Shown in pieces: positions 1-12,033 of a stretch of DNA of 64,000 bases (the first letter of the stretch is position 1; each line of letters begins with the position of its first letter). A program made the position numbers and the translations under genes. Location: the NCBI GenBank assembly GCA_964234715.1, contig OZ174277.1, one strand, 5' to 3'. This DNA is from Podarcis melisellensis. Its lineage: Eukaryota. Under the pieces are notes generated by a model, which was given only the letters and a program-made list of their open reading frames with translations, was not told where the DNA came from and did no database searches.

Positions 1-944
1 ACTTATGTGTTTGACTCCCTTCAATGAAAGCCTGGTGGCCCCCTGAGATTCTCAGGTCAAACTCAAACATGTTCTGAGCCCTCAATCCATCTCTAGGTTC
101 CAACACCATTGGAGGAGAGGTGAGTTTTGGGCAACGACTTACCGGTATTTTGGTTGCAGCACACTGACTTTAGAACATTCCCCTCAGGGTGATTTTGCTT
201 GATGCCAAGTCTGTCTTCTTTTCAGGGCCAGGTTTCACTCAGACCTTTTAGGTCATTTTAGATAAACTGTCCGTTGTGCACACACAATGGTTGCTGCCGG
301 AGTTTTTTGGCTCTGCTTTTATGATTTTATTGATTGTTACTGTTTTTATGGGTTTCACTGACTTATGTATAGCCTCTCTGGGTGCCTGGCTGGCTGAAGA
401 GTGGGACTGGAGTAGTGGGGAGGAAGGTCAGCATAAAAAGCTGTCAAGAGGACAATTGAACTGTCCCTCCAACAGGCAACTTAACTTGAGCATTCCTTCT
501 CTCAGCCTAGCCCCTTAGATAAAATATTATGCAGATTAGCCAGCTGGCTTACTCAGGGAGCTTTACACTCGAAATACTTCCCCGAGCCACTTTGGATAGC
601 AACATATACTGTAGGAGTTTTCAGTTAAAAGCCAGAGAAAACAAATAAGCTTCCAGGTCTCCTCACCCACCCAAAGTTGGCTTTTAAAAAGGCTTTTTCA
701 AAAGAGAGAGGGAGAGAAAGAGGGAAATGTATTTTTTATCAAGTTGCTTCTTGCCACTGCATTAAGATAATGTACAGTATATGCTAAACAACACTTGGAG
801 CAGCTGCTAAAATATCGAAACATATTTTGTGCTTTGTTCAAAGTAAAATGGAAGTCAGTAGGCATTTGTGTTTTGTTTGATGAAGTGTCCTCCTCAAAGG
901 ATTTTGAAGGACAGGCCCTTCTGTGAGGCAGTAAGCTGAGCCAT

Positions 945-1165
945 TGGCCTTGGTGGAGTTTTAGTGGCTAGAATGCTGTTCTTGATCTCGGGAGACTCGG
1001 ATTAATTTCCTTTTCACCAAAGGCTGTTGAATGGCTCTGGACAAATCCAATTAGTCTTTGTTCCTCAGTTTGCCATCTGTAAAATGGAGATAATATTATC
1101 CCCTTTACTCACAAAGGTGTTGTGAGGATAAATATCTTGGAGCGTGTGAGACATTCAGATACTAC
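945..1165 (+). mobile_element. Old MIR/CORE-SINE
   Basis: Contains the CORE motif CCTCAGTTTGCCATCTGTAAAATGGAGATAATA (~1063-1095) followed by ...GGTGTTGTGAGGATAAA. Boundaries are approximate. Confidence 0.8.
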
Positions 1166-2867
1166 AAAGACGGGAGAAATACAAATGTCAGACGGACAAT
1201 CCATCCAAACAGACACAAAAAGGTGGAGGCCACAGATTGAGAGAGAGAGAGAGAGAGATGAGGAGGGAGCTTCTCTGATTTATCAACACATTAAACCTGG
1301 TTTCTTCATGGGATGCGTTTAAGAAATGGAGAGCTAAGGCTTTAATATAGGAGTGCACTGCTTACTAAAGAATAGACCCTTTTGATTACTTTCCCAATTC
1401 CCGGAGAAGCAAAATCATGACGGGCATTATAAGACATAAGACGCAGTACCCAAGGAAATGAAAAGCATATTAGAATTGTTATTATCATGCTTACAATAGA
1501 AGTAGTGTGAAGCAAATAAGGGAACGGGAAGGGCTTTCCTTCCCTCGCTCCTCCCCTATCTTGCATTATATCTTTTGAACAAAACCAATGTGTAGACAAC
1601 ATGCGCTCACTCTAATAACAAAAATGCTGCCTGAAATGAAATTCTTGACATTCCAATCACTCTCCCTATGTAGCAAAGCCATTTTTCATCTAAAATGCTA
1701 TTTTGGAGGTGGCTCTAATGAATGTTTTAAACTGACTCATCCACTATATTTTCACAGTGACGGGAGCATCTAAATAGCCGTAAAAATGGTTCTGTTCTGG
1801 GGAGATATCTGGGGAGGATAATTCCCTCTCCCCACCCCCACCCCAAAAAACCCACCCATCATCTTGATTTTACAAGGCAAGAGAATACTTGATATCTTAA
1901 GGGATCCTTTAATTCAAGTAATTTTATCTTGTTATTGCAGTTTTCCGAGAGCATGTCTACACTGCAGATTTGAACTGGTTTAATAATCATTTCCCTCCAC
2001 ACACACCAGGGGAAATGTAGATTTGTGAGAATGCGGAGTCCTAAGGCCAGGAGTTTTTCAAAACTTCTTTGTGGGAAGATTTGATAGTTAAAACTGACAG
2101 AAACCTGAAGCATGCCAATTTATCCCCTCATAATTTGAAAGGGAATATTATAGCTAAAGATTAGCCAATCCAAATGTGAGTACTGGAGGGGGGGAGCTTT
2201 CTCTTCCTGCAGCTCACTGCAGCACTTATTCTCTCCCCTTCGGCATACATGAGCAGAATGTAGGTTTTTTATCACAGCAGCAAAGTAGTCCACTTTTTTT
2301 AAAAAAAGAAAGTTCTATAATTCCATAGGCCTTCCCCTCCCTACTGAACTGCAACAACTGTCCATTAGGAATCCGGTACTAAAAGGTTTTCTATTTTAAA
2401 GACAAGCCTTTTCTTCCCAGAGCTCACATTGTCTTATAATCTCGTTCCAAATTGCTGAATCCCATTTCAGAAAAAGAGAAAGAAGAAGAGATAGACAGAC
2501 ATGCTCCATTAGTTAGAAATTCCATTATATACACTGACAGTGTAAAAGGAAGATACCATTGTATCATTACAACTTTTGCACAAAATGAAGTTTGTTGATG
2601 AAGTATGTTAAATCCTAAATATGTAAATTAAACTCCTAAAGTTGACCAGTTTGTTAATATATTCCATACACTCTGCTCAACCATGTGTGAAAAAAATATC
2701 AAGAAATGACTAGATTCATGTCCCAAAGATAAAACAGAAAAAGTATTTTGGAGGGAAATCTGTGGTTGCTGTTGTTTTGCTTTCCATCCTACTTATTAGA
2801 GGGGCATACAGCATAAAACCATGTCATATTAAGTGGAGAGCAGGGTTAAAATGAGCTGTGAAATTCA

Positions 2868-3000
2868 CTGCCTCTCAGCCTAACCTACCTCACAGGGTTG
2901 CTGTGAAGATAACATGGATGGAAAAGGAAATCCCATAATGCAACCTTGAGCTCCTCGGAGGAAATGTGAATGGATGTAAATTCAAAACTGATAAATAAGG
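2868..3000 (+). mobile_element. Old Squam3-like/CORE SINE, 3' part
   Basis: CTCTCAGCCTAACCTACCTCACAGGGTTGCTGTGAAGATAA...CCTTGAGCTCCT resembles the body of the younger copies at 30151 and 32555. Confidence 0.65.
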
Positions 3001-3009
3001 AATCATCAA

Positions 3010-3290
3010 AAATTAAATCCCCCAGCTCCACAAAACACATTTAAAAGGACATAGAATGTTCACTAGCCAAGGGTCTGGTTGAAGAGGAATGCTTTTGCCT
3101 GGTGCCTAAAGATATCTAATGAAGGCACCAGGCGAGCCTCCCTGAGGAGAGCATTCTGCATTGCCTCTTCAGAAAAGGCCCATTCTCGTGTTGCCTCTCT
3201 GCACCTCTCATGGAGGAGGCACATGAAGACAGGCATGAGATGATGATTGCAGGGTCTAGGTCGGTTCATATGGGGAGAGGCAGTCCTGAC
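3010..3290 (-). mobile_element. L2 LINE 3' fragment (degenerate)
   Basis: Minus-strand translation NALLREARLVPSLDIFRHQAKAFLFNQ matches the L2 ORF2 C-terminal pattern WNxLPxxxRxAPSLxxFRxxxKTFLF. Confidence 0.75.
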
Positions 3291-3527
3291 TACAGAGTTT
3301 GGAGGTATGGCCTTCAAGGAAACAGCTTTGAGAATGCTCAGAAGACAGGGAAGACTGCTTTTGAAGTGGTGCAGATACCTGATTGACCAGATAACAGTAG
3401 GAGCTTCTCTGAGTTCAAAATATGTGTGGGACAGAAAATAGTGTGTGGCTTTGAAATTTGTGGCAGGAGAATTTCATAACTTTCTTGACATTCTACTTGG
3501 GAGGGCTATGCCCTAGTAGCTCTAGTA

Positions 3528-3657
3528 CAGGCATAGGCAAACTCGGCCCTCCAGATGTTTTGGGACTACAACTCACATCATCCCTAGCTAACAGGACCAG
3601 TGGCCAGGGATGATTGTAATCCCAAAACATCTGGAGGGCCAAGTTTGTCTATGCCTG
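3528..3657. mobile_element. Palindromic non-autonomous hAT MITE
   Basis: TIRs CAGGCATAGGCAAACT...AGTTTGTCTATGCCTG; 8-bp TSD CTCTAGTA/CTCTAGTG. Confidence 0.9.
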
Positions 3658-4239
3658 CTCTAGTGGAATAGCCTCTGCTGGGCTCAGTTTTGTCATATTG
3701 ATCTATGCTCATATGCCACATCTTCATTTAGAACAAAAAAGGAGCATGACCGTGTGATAATTCATTTACCCACTGTAGTCTTCAAAGGGATGGATCTCTA
3801 AGGGGTGTAGCAGTTGCAGCATTGGTACAAGGATCCTATCACCACATGGCAGGAGGTGCTGGCTGACTAGAGGCAGCTGAGCAACAGATAAAAGCACTCT
3901 CTGTTCATCTTCTTAAATATGACTTGGATAAGACTGCACTTAGCCTTACCAGAGAGAAATAGTTTGACAAAAGTAAATTGCTGTCTGGTGGCTCAGCTTT
4001 CCTGAAAAAGGTCAGGATGGAACGACTGCCTCCACAGTAACATTAACTGGTATCGATCTGCCAAATAAATGTATAGCCTTTCTTTCAATTCTGAAGCTAC
4101 TAGTCTTCTGTGGAGAACTGACAAGTAGGAGTGAAAATGTAGATGCTCTGCAGATAATAATAATATTAACTGTATAAGACACAAGGTTATTTTTGCAGAC
4201 ATGCATATTAATATTACATGTGCTGTTTTGAAGGCCAAT

Positions 4240-4590
4240 CAGAAGGTACCAGATTCAGTCCCCAGATTCTCCAGGTGGGGCTGTGAAGGTCCTGGGTCTG
4301 AACCCCTGGAGAGCTCCTGCCAGTCTCTGTGGACAATACTGAGCTCGATGGAGCAATGGTCTTGCTCATTATAAGGCAGCTCTTAAGGTCCGAGCATTCA
4401 AAGTGGTCTTATACTTGGTCAAGACCATTGGCCTATCTACCCATGTATTGTCTCCTCCGACAGTTAGTGGTCTTCAAAGTATCCAAAGGAGCTATTCTAG
4501 CTTTTCTAGCTGAGATCATTCGGAATAAAGTCATCAAGAAAGGAATCTGGGACCTTCTGCATGGAAAGCGTGTGCTCCACCATTAAGCTT
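4240..4590. mobile_element. Two tRNA-derived squamate SINEs (possibly Squam2-type) in tail-to-tail inverted arrangement
   Basis: 4240-4385 (+) and ~4400-4590 (-) both match the copies at 6315, 7525, 47225 and 52105. Confidence 0.7.
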
Positions 4591-4672
4591 GTGTTTCTGT
4601 GAGTAAATATTGATGAGCTCCAAAGAGGTTCAAGCAACACTTGTCACTGGATAACCACGTTGACACCAACTC

Positions 4673-4790
4673 CAGAGAGGTAGCCGTGTTAGTCAATTGC
4701 AGTAAAAACAACAGAGTCTTATAGCACTTGAAGAACTGATAGATATATTATGGCTTAAACTTCCATGGGCTGGATTACATTTTATTAGAG
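4673..4790 (-). mobile_element. Penelope-like (Neptune) pseudo-LTR remnant
   Basis: GGTAGCCGTGTTAGTC...AAAAACAACAGAGTCTTATAGCAC resembles the reptile PLE terminal repeat as I recall it; a similar remnant lies at ~8545-8600. Confidence 0.65.
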
Positions 4791-4846
4791 GCAGTAGCAC
4801 ATTAAGCCTTTGACTTACACCATAGTCTTCAGAAGGCAGGTGTCCT

Positions 4847-5137
4847 CAGAGTCGATCCTGCCGTTAGGCAGAGTGAGGTAACCACTTTAGATGGCAGATA
4901 CTGAGGAGTAGCGTAGGCGGTCTCTCAGCCCTTCCTGTCCTCTTGCAGGACAGAGTTTTTGTGTGTCCCATCTTGTACCTCCTAAACTAAACTGCTCCCT
5001 CTGGTGTGGTGGAGGACGTCATTGTGTCACCAGTCTTATAGCAATATTCAACTTTCAGTCCGGGTAGCTCCTGTATGTGGAAGAAGGAGCCATCTTGTTC
5101 TTGGTTTCAGGCAGCAAAATGTCTTGGACCAGCCCTG
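4847..5137. mobile_element. Non-autonomous hAT-like DNA transposon
   Basis: CAG...CTG ends with a perfect 8-bp TSD GGTGTCCT (4839-4846 / 5138-5145). Confidence 0.85.
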
Positions 5138-5724
5138 GGTGTCCTGTTCCAGAACTGTAATTCTGACTTGAGGGCACTTATACATGCACAGGACCTATGC
5201 CCACAATGGCTTTCCCATTTGCTTCAGTGGAGATGGGCAGATCCATTTACCGGTATATGAGCAGCCCTTACATACAAAAACTATATTAGCAAATAAGGGC
5301 ACACATGAAGCTTTGGACTGAGATGGGGGGAAATAGCCAGCTACTCATTTTCTTTCCCCCATCATCCTGCCAAGGTAAATACACTTATTAATAAGAGCCT
5401 AGTTAGCCGTAAATAAATTAAAGGATTTTATTTTATTTTATTTTGGTTTGCACTATATTTTTTCTCCTTTCCACAGGCTTTCAGCTCAGGCAGTTTGAGA
5501 TGAACATTAAAATTTCTGCTCTTTTAATCTACTCATTCCCTTAGGAAAATCAGTTCAGTTCCACGTACCTTAAACAATCTCTTACCTGTCCCTCCTAGGG
5601 AGCCAAATGCATAGAATTTGAATCTAATTAGGAGGGGGGACATGCACTCCAGAAAGTCACGTTTTTCTAAGCTACTGCTCAAGACTCCTTGCCAGCCCCA
5701 AGCAGTGGACTCATTATAGGAGTT

Positions 5725-5875
5725 CTAGCATGGAATGAAAAATGGGATAGGCTGCAGAAATTTTTGAAGGTCAGGAAGATAATGGCTGGTGATATTCAGT
5801 GCTTTAATCCTGGGCAAAATCAAGGGTAGACAGTGACACCAAGTTTCAAGATCTTTTAAAAAAACTTTGCTAGGA
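5725..5875 (-). mobile_element. Ancient L1/Tx1 ORF2 fragment
   Basis: KDLETWCHCLPLILPRIKALNITSHYLPDLQKFLQPIPFFIP aligns by eye with the post-RT block [35 protein letters not shown] of the young L1 in this window. Confidence 0.45.
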
Positions 5876-6314
5876 GTTTCACCCAATTTAAAATTTACCC
5901 AATATAAAAATGATAGCACATTTTTATTCCAGTAAGCAAGCACAACTTTACACAGCCTGGTTTTGAAGATCCCCCTGGCTTCATAAGCTATGTAAACCAC
6001 ATGATAATTACCTATTTTCTAGGTGTGGTATTTTCCTGGTTTGATCATTCACCAGCTCAGTCTTGAATTAGATCCAGGCTCTTCCTCCTCGTTAGCTTCA
6101 CCTCCAAACAGATTAAGGATGGAGAACATGTAGTCCTTTAAGCTGTTGGACTCCAACCCCCATCAACCCCAGGCAGCATGGCCAATGGTCAGGGATGATG
6201 GGAGTTGGAGTCCATCAACATCTCTAAGGTTTATGGTTCTTCACTTCTGAAATAGATGGCTGGAGCTGTTAAAGCAGACAAGACAGGTGCAAAACAGGCA
6301 ACTGAATATTGAGG

Positions 6315-6525
6315 AGGGACTGTAACTCTATAGCCGAATGCCCTGCTTCACATGCAGAGTTCCCAGGTCTAATTCCTGCTCATCTACATTTCAAATGATA
6401 TGATAGCAGATGATGGGAAAGACCCCTGCTGAAGAGACCCTGAATTTCTGCTGCCAGTCAGAACAGATAATCCCAGAATAGATAGTCAAGACAAATGCTC
6501 TGACCAGGTCTAAGTCAACTTCCTG
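6315..6525 (+). mobile_element. tRNA-derived squamate SINE (possibly Squam2-type)
   Basis: Degenerate A/B-box head and the GACCCCTG...CTGCTGCCAGTCAG body shared with the other copies. Confidence 0.65.
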
Positions 6526-6542
6526 CTTTTCTGTCTCTAGAA

Positions 6543-6678
6543 AAGAGACTCCAAACTTGGGTCTCCAGGTGTTTTTTGGACTAAAACTCCCATGATCCCT
6601 AGCTAGCAAGACCAGTGGTCAGGGATGATGGGAATTGTAGTCCAAAACCAGCTGGAAACCTAATTTTGGGAAACCCTG
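6543..6678. mobile_element. Palindromic hAT MITE
   Basis: Same internal arms as 3528-3657 and 45733-45868; flanks CTCTAGAA/CTCTATAT. Confidence 0.8.
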
Positions 6679-7524
6679 CTCTATATTAAGTATTTTCTAG
6701 CCCCTCCCCCAGCTGTGCCTAAATCTAATTGTCAAACCAAATAGCATACTCAGTTTCATGCCCAAGAAATGGAAAATAGAAATTAATGAATATTAAAGAT
6801 CTGAATCAATCAGTAATGAAGGCTGCTGAAAAAACATATATTCATAGAACAGGCAGAATGGCAAGAGCAGAACTAAGATATGTTAACGTAGCATGACTAC
6901 AGGATTGCCTCGTTGATCCTGCCTCCCGCCCCCTGCAACCGAGTGACTGATCTGCTTCCTCAAGAGTCTATTTAACATTGCTGTTCTGCCGCATTCAAAA
7001 ACATTATCACATTCATAAACTCAGCCTTACTAGATAATGTAATAAAGCTTCTTCTACCGAGCTACATCCTAATATCTCAGGCATGATATGCTATAGACAG
7101 ATTTATAAATGTCAAAAAGTCATGAAATTTGCAAGTGGAATAGGTCACAGTGGTGCAGTATTGTACAATTTTTTTGCCATCCACTTTGTTAATAATCCTG
7201 TACTTTTTGACATTTTGAGTAAAAAATGTCAGCTGCTTTTGAAGGTGTGCTGTTTTTTTTTTTTAATTATACAAAGGAACAACCAGGTCACATTTTTTAT
7301 ATATACAAAAAATCAAAAACCTCAAAGCAATCCATTGGAACAAATGTATCAAAGAACACTTACCTTTAGCACTTTAGGGAGTGCTGTCAGGATCGGGTCT
7401 TTGTGCCAAACACCCCCCCCCACAACTATTCAATAGTTCCTTTAAAAAAAGAAAGAAAGAAACAGCCTATCTTGTAATTAGTTTCAAATGTTGTTTTGTG
7501 ACAATTAAAAGAACAATCAAGTGA

Positions 7525-7738
7525 TGGAAAGAGCCATCGCTCAGTAGCAGACAATTTACTTTGCACACAGAATCTCCCAGCTTCAATCACTGGCATCTCC
7601 AGGTAGGGCTGGGGGGAGGGGAGGGAACCCTGCATAAAATCCTGGACAGCCTCTGCCAATCAGTGTGGCGCATACTGAACTAGATGGACCAATGGTATGA
7701 CTCGGTATAAGTCAGCTAATTATGTTGCCATGTTCCTA
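7525..7738 (+). mobile_element. tRNA(Ala)-like squamate SINE (possibly Squam2-type)
   Basis: GCTCAGTAGCAGA..TTTGCACACAGAATCTCCCAGCTTCAATC tRNA-like head, then ...ACTAGATGGACCAATGG..TGACTCGGTATAAG tail. Confidence 0.75.
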
Positions 7739-7763
7739 AGTTAAAATGAACCGTGCCTTACCA

Positions 7764-8025
7764 CAGTCATCCCTCAAGTTATGAACACTGCGCATTGCGC
7801 GTTTTTGGGTTGTGGACTGTGATGAACCCGGAAGTACCAGAAAGGGTTACTTCCGGGTTTCGGTGCTCGCACATGCACAGAAGCACAAAATGACATCACG
7901 CGCATGCGCAGAAGCGCCGAATTGCATAACACGTTTGTGCGCAGACGTGGCGCTTCAGGCTGCGAATGCTGCGGTTGCAAACGTGCCTCCTGCATGGATC
8001 ACATTTGCAACCAGAGGTATGACTG
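7764..8025. mobile_element. Tc1/mariner (Tigger/pogo-like) MITE
   Basis: TIRs CAGTCATCCCTC...GAGGTATGACTG followed by TA; related copy at 55656-55899. Confidence 0.8.
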
Positions 8026-8984
8026 TATTGGTACAGTCTTAATTTTGTCTACTCTCCCCGCAAATCTACACTTATATTCAAGGCCCAACCAAGAGTTCTG
8101 TGTGTACCAGCTTGTGCTCCCCAAGTTCTCCATTCACTACAATTTCACATGCAAGCACACTGCACGCAAATAAATCAATAAAGAAAGGTTATCTTGAATT
8201 TTTATTGTAAGTCTAAAAGCCTCTACTGTCCCCCACCAACAAGCTCTGGTTTCATTATTTTATGAGTTTCAAATCAGTTTTAAACAACTGACAGCACAAT
8301 CAGAGAATTTGATTGAGTTATTGTGGTGCCACTTACGCTACTATTTATCACGACTCGAAAGCAATATTTGCTGCTTTGAACGTGGAAAAGAAAAGCCATT
8401 CCATATATGCTGCCCTGCGGGATGTGCCTCAGAGCTGCAGCTCTCTCCTGCTGTGAGTATGTTTTTTGCTGTTGTTGTCATCATCACAGGACTCCAGCAA
8501 CCATCTTCTTCACCTCATTGGTGTCTAATTTAATTTGAGACAATAAGAATCTTGCAGCACTTCAGTACAAATGCATTTAGCTTGGCATGAGCTTCATGGA
8601 CAAGATCAGGACTGGGCAGAAGATAGCTTAGGAACCAATGGTAGATCTCCACGCAGTGTCCTTTCATCCCTTGAGTGGAGTTCTATATGAAAAGGCAGTA
8701 AGCTCAATTCAGATCTGGTACTGAAATCAAATCTCTAGGCTCAAGATGTGCTCAGAGGAACCCCTGTTCTTTCATTCTAATGCTATGTTGTTTGTGTCTG
8801 GCTCTCATTGGTAGATCTGAGAAAACTGAAGTCTGCCCATTCCTGGACCTTGGTTTCACAAGATGCTTGAAAATAAGGAGGTTGTATAAAATTATAAGGT
8901 CGGATGGAAATGAAGTGCAAAAACTACAGCCTGTGACACTTACCAGTATGTTAAGACTTAAAACATATGCTAAATCGGGCTTTA

Positions 8985-9272
8985 GAATTGATAGCACTGA
9001 ACTCAGAAGTTTCATGCTGAAGTCTCCCCTTGAAGTTCCTTTTTGGAAGAATGTCTACTTTAAGGTCAGTAACAAAATGTCCCATTAAGTGAAGTGTTGT
9101 CCCACTGGTTTCTGAATGTCTAGTGTCAGATTTGTGCCTTTTTATTCTTTTGCATATAGACCCCTTTTGTCCTATGTAGAAAAAAACATTATTGGCAAAT
9201 TATAGGATATGTCACACTGGAAGATAAGCAGGTGAATGAACCCTTGATGGTATGGCTATTGTTATTAGAGCT
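8985..9272 (-). mobile_element. Penelope-like element GIY-YIG endonuclease fragment (degenerate)
   Basis: Manual minus-strand translation gives SHTIKGSFTCLSSSVTYPIICQ*C / FYIGQKGSICKRIKRHKSD / KPVGQHF / GHFVTDLKVDILPKRNFKGRLQHETSE, the PLE GIY-YIG domain. It is broken by stops and frameshifts and is not shown in the ORF track. Confidence 0.9.
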
Positions 9273-9319
9273 GTGTACCAGATTCAACTGAGTCCTGAGG
9301 CAAATTGGGCATATTCAGA

Positions 9320-10260
9320 GGGTCTTAGGCATTGAACAAGTCAGGTAAAGAAAGCCATGGTCTCCTATAGGATGCACTGGATGGTGCAGAGTGATCTGTG
9401 GCTCAGGGAATGGGGCATTAGGGTGGAAGCAAAGGCAGGCATCAGGTGGGGAAAATCCCATAAAAAGGTTGAAATCCACTGTGGCAATCTTCCTAGGAGA
9501 TGGTAGAAGCCCACTGCCTCCTTCTTGCCTGAAGTCCATCAGCGAAGGCATTGATCCTGTGTGGTTCAGAGTGCTTCTTTGCAAGAAACTTCCCTGCAGA
9601 AAAGTCACTTGCAAAGGAGCACAGCGCAGAATCATCACCTCCACTGCCTTGGTGCAGGATATTCCTTTTCAAGCAGCTTCCACAAAACTCCACAAAGTTG
9701 ACCCAGCTGCTCTGGGGAGGGAGTGGGGTGGGCAGGAGACGTCTCACTTCCAGACTAATTCAGGACCGGACTGCAAGGCAGGTCAACCTGATTTGGGGCC
9801 CCTAGATCGGGGCCGCAAGGAAGACTGAAAGTGGGGAAGCTGTTATTAGATTCCGTAAACGCATTGCCTGAGTAGATATGGGGATGGCATCTAGACCTAG
9901 TGCAGGATCTAGTTCCTGTGTTGCTTCTGGGTAGCCTGTTGTTGATGGTGTGAGCTGTTTTAGATTTGGAGATTCCTCAGTGTTCAGCTTTGGTGAACTG
10001 AAGTTGATGAAAAAGTAGCACAGGACTGCAGTCAGAAGCCACTGAATTGGCGCGGCCATTCAACCCTCTGGTGGTCCACCTGCAATTTGAAGTAGTACTG
10101 TCCATCATTGCAGGTGTGGCATGGATTACAGATAATGTGCATAAAGGGATCGGGACAGTTCACTGATGATAGCATGGCCAGGCAAACTGCTTTGGGCAGG
10201 GGAGAAGTGCTTGGATGTCCATTGATCCATGATGTTTAAAAGGAAGCCCATAAATCACTG
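9320..10260 (-). mobile_element. Decayed DIRS/Ngaro-like (tyrosine recombinase) retrotransposon remnant
   Basis: Fragmentary minus-strand peptides resemble DIRS RNase H (WING, YF..W...WP, INN...RS, N.I....LAAP) followed by a YR N-terminal region (SWVNFVEF, FLAK, LMDFRQEGG..TIS). The motif CAATGCCTAAG at ~9324-9334 is shared with 22354-22726 and 62566. Confidence 0.45.
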
Positions 10261-10920
10261 TATCTCCTGCGAGTGTCATTTGAGCACATAGACATGACGC
10301 TGCTTGGCTTAGTAGAATAACAAAGTGTAATTGAATCATGTAGCAATTAGAAGAGCTCCACCACTGCATCTGTGTACTCAGCTGTGTTTATATTTCGCCC
10401 CATCTTTTCTTTGTACACTTGACTTATTTTACAAACAAGATAAACTTCATTTAGGGAGCTTGAAATCAGCTAATTTTCATCATTAAAAAGATTTGGTTAG
10501 ATTCCCAAAGCAGTTTTAAACAACACATTGCTCAAAAGAAGAACAACAAGGAAAAGAATCTTCGCCCCCATGCATTTTTCAAACCACCCACCTCCAGGCC
10601 TGCAGCTAAAATCTTCATATTCCGTCATACTATTGTTTGTGCAATGAATTGGTTTAAAAATCAAAAGGCACAAACTACCCTCTGGGGGCAGAAGGAGTTG
10701 ATGCCCTGGGAGAAGGATGGGATGGCTCATATATCAGCGATGATCCTAGCCTGCTCTCCAAGCACTGTTTGGTGTATGCTAAGTGGAGCCTTTTACCACT
10801 TTTATTCAAAGAATAGGTGACCATACCATATCACCTCAGTTTTTTTTGGGGGGGGTGCATTACCAATGTTGGGAGAGCACAAAGGCTGTTCTTGCATCCT
10901 GCACTGCTATTCACCTGACC

Positions 10921-11056
10921 CAGGCTTCCTCAACCTCGGCCCTCCAGATGTTTTCGGCCTACAACTCCCATGATCCCTAGCTAGCAGGACCAGTGGTCAG
11001 GGCTGGTGGGAATTGTAGTCTCAAAAGATCTGGAGGGCTGAGGTTGAGGAAGCCTG
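10921..11056. mobile_element. Palindromic hAT MITE
   Basis: TIRs CAGGCTTCCTCAACCTC...GAGGTTGAGGAAGCCTG; perfect 8-bp TSD ACCTGACC. Confidence 0.92.
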
Positions 11057-11978
11057 ACCTGACCCAACTCTGTGGAAACACTGACTTGTTGGAAGTGATG
11101 TGAACTTGTGATTTTCTAGATGTTCGTAGGCATAAAAAGCAGGTTGTGACAGCAATCCCTTATCTATCTGCCCTGATTCCAGGGCTCTAGAGCAAGGGGG
11201 GAGGCAGATAGGTAAGTGACTGCAGTATTATTTATTTATTCATTTATTTCATTTATATCACAAACTCTTAGTTGACAGTAGATGGTTGCATGGCTCAAAA
11301 GGTAGAGTAGGGTTGTTGTTACTTTGCTAGCGTCACACTCAAAATATTTTGGAAACATTGCTCTATGGAAAAAATAATGTGCCCCAGATGAAGAGGTGCC
11401 ACATCATGGTGGGTATGTTCACAGATATATGTTCACTGCTGCCCCTGGAGATTTTGCTGCCTGCCGCTCCATATACACCCAGCCAGAGTCAATATTTTAA
11501 AAAGATTTGGTGCCCCATTCCAAACCACTTCCCCCGTTTTCCCAACCCAGTTTTACCAGAGCAGGTTGCATACCTGGGATCCCTGCATGGTACAGGCATC
11601 TGTTCACCTTCCTTCATTAATCGTCCGTCATTAATCGTTTTGATTTGCTACTAATAATGTAGATATTCTATTTTTAGGCTCCCTGAAAAGCATTCAGGTA
11701 AGTGCTGAATAGAGAGGTTCAGATACAAGCTGACAGATCGCTTGCTTTACAGAGAAGAGGGAGGACAATTTGTCATGATGATATATATAAACACCATCAC
11801 CATTTCACTGACAACTGTGTGACAAATATAACACTAAAGGTATGTATGGCGCTTCTAATGTGGTAGCTGAGCCCAAGGGAGAGCAGGCCATTTTCGGCAG
11901 GAATGTTGTGCTCTATGTGTGGTCTCTTTATCAGTGATTGAATTGTCCTGACTACAGAGAATTCTGCTACAAGGAAGA

Positions 11979-11979
<1 letters not shown>

Positions 11980-12033
<54 letters not shown>

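Noticed and set aside
9391-9828. 145-aa plus-strand ORF as a host gene
   Set aside because: No homology is recognisable; it is probably the antisense of a decayed retroelement.
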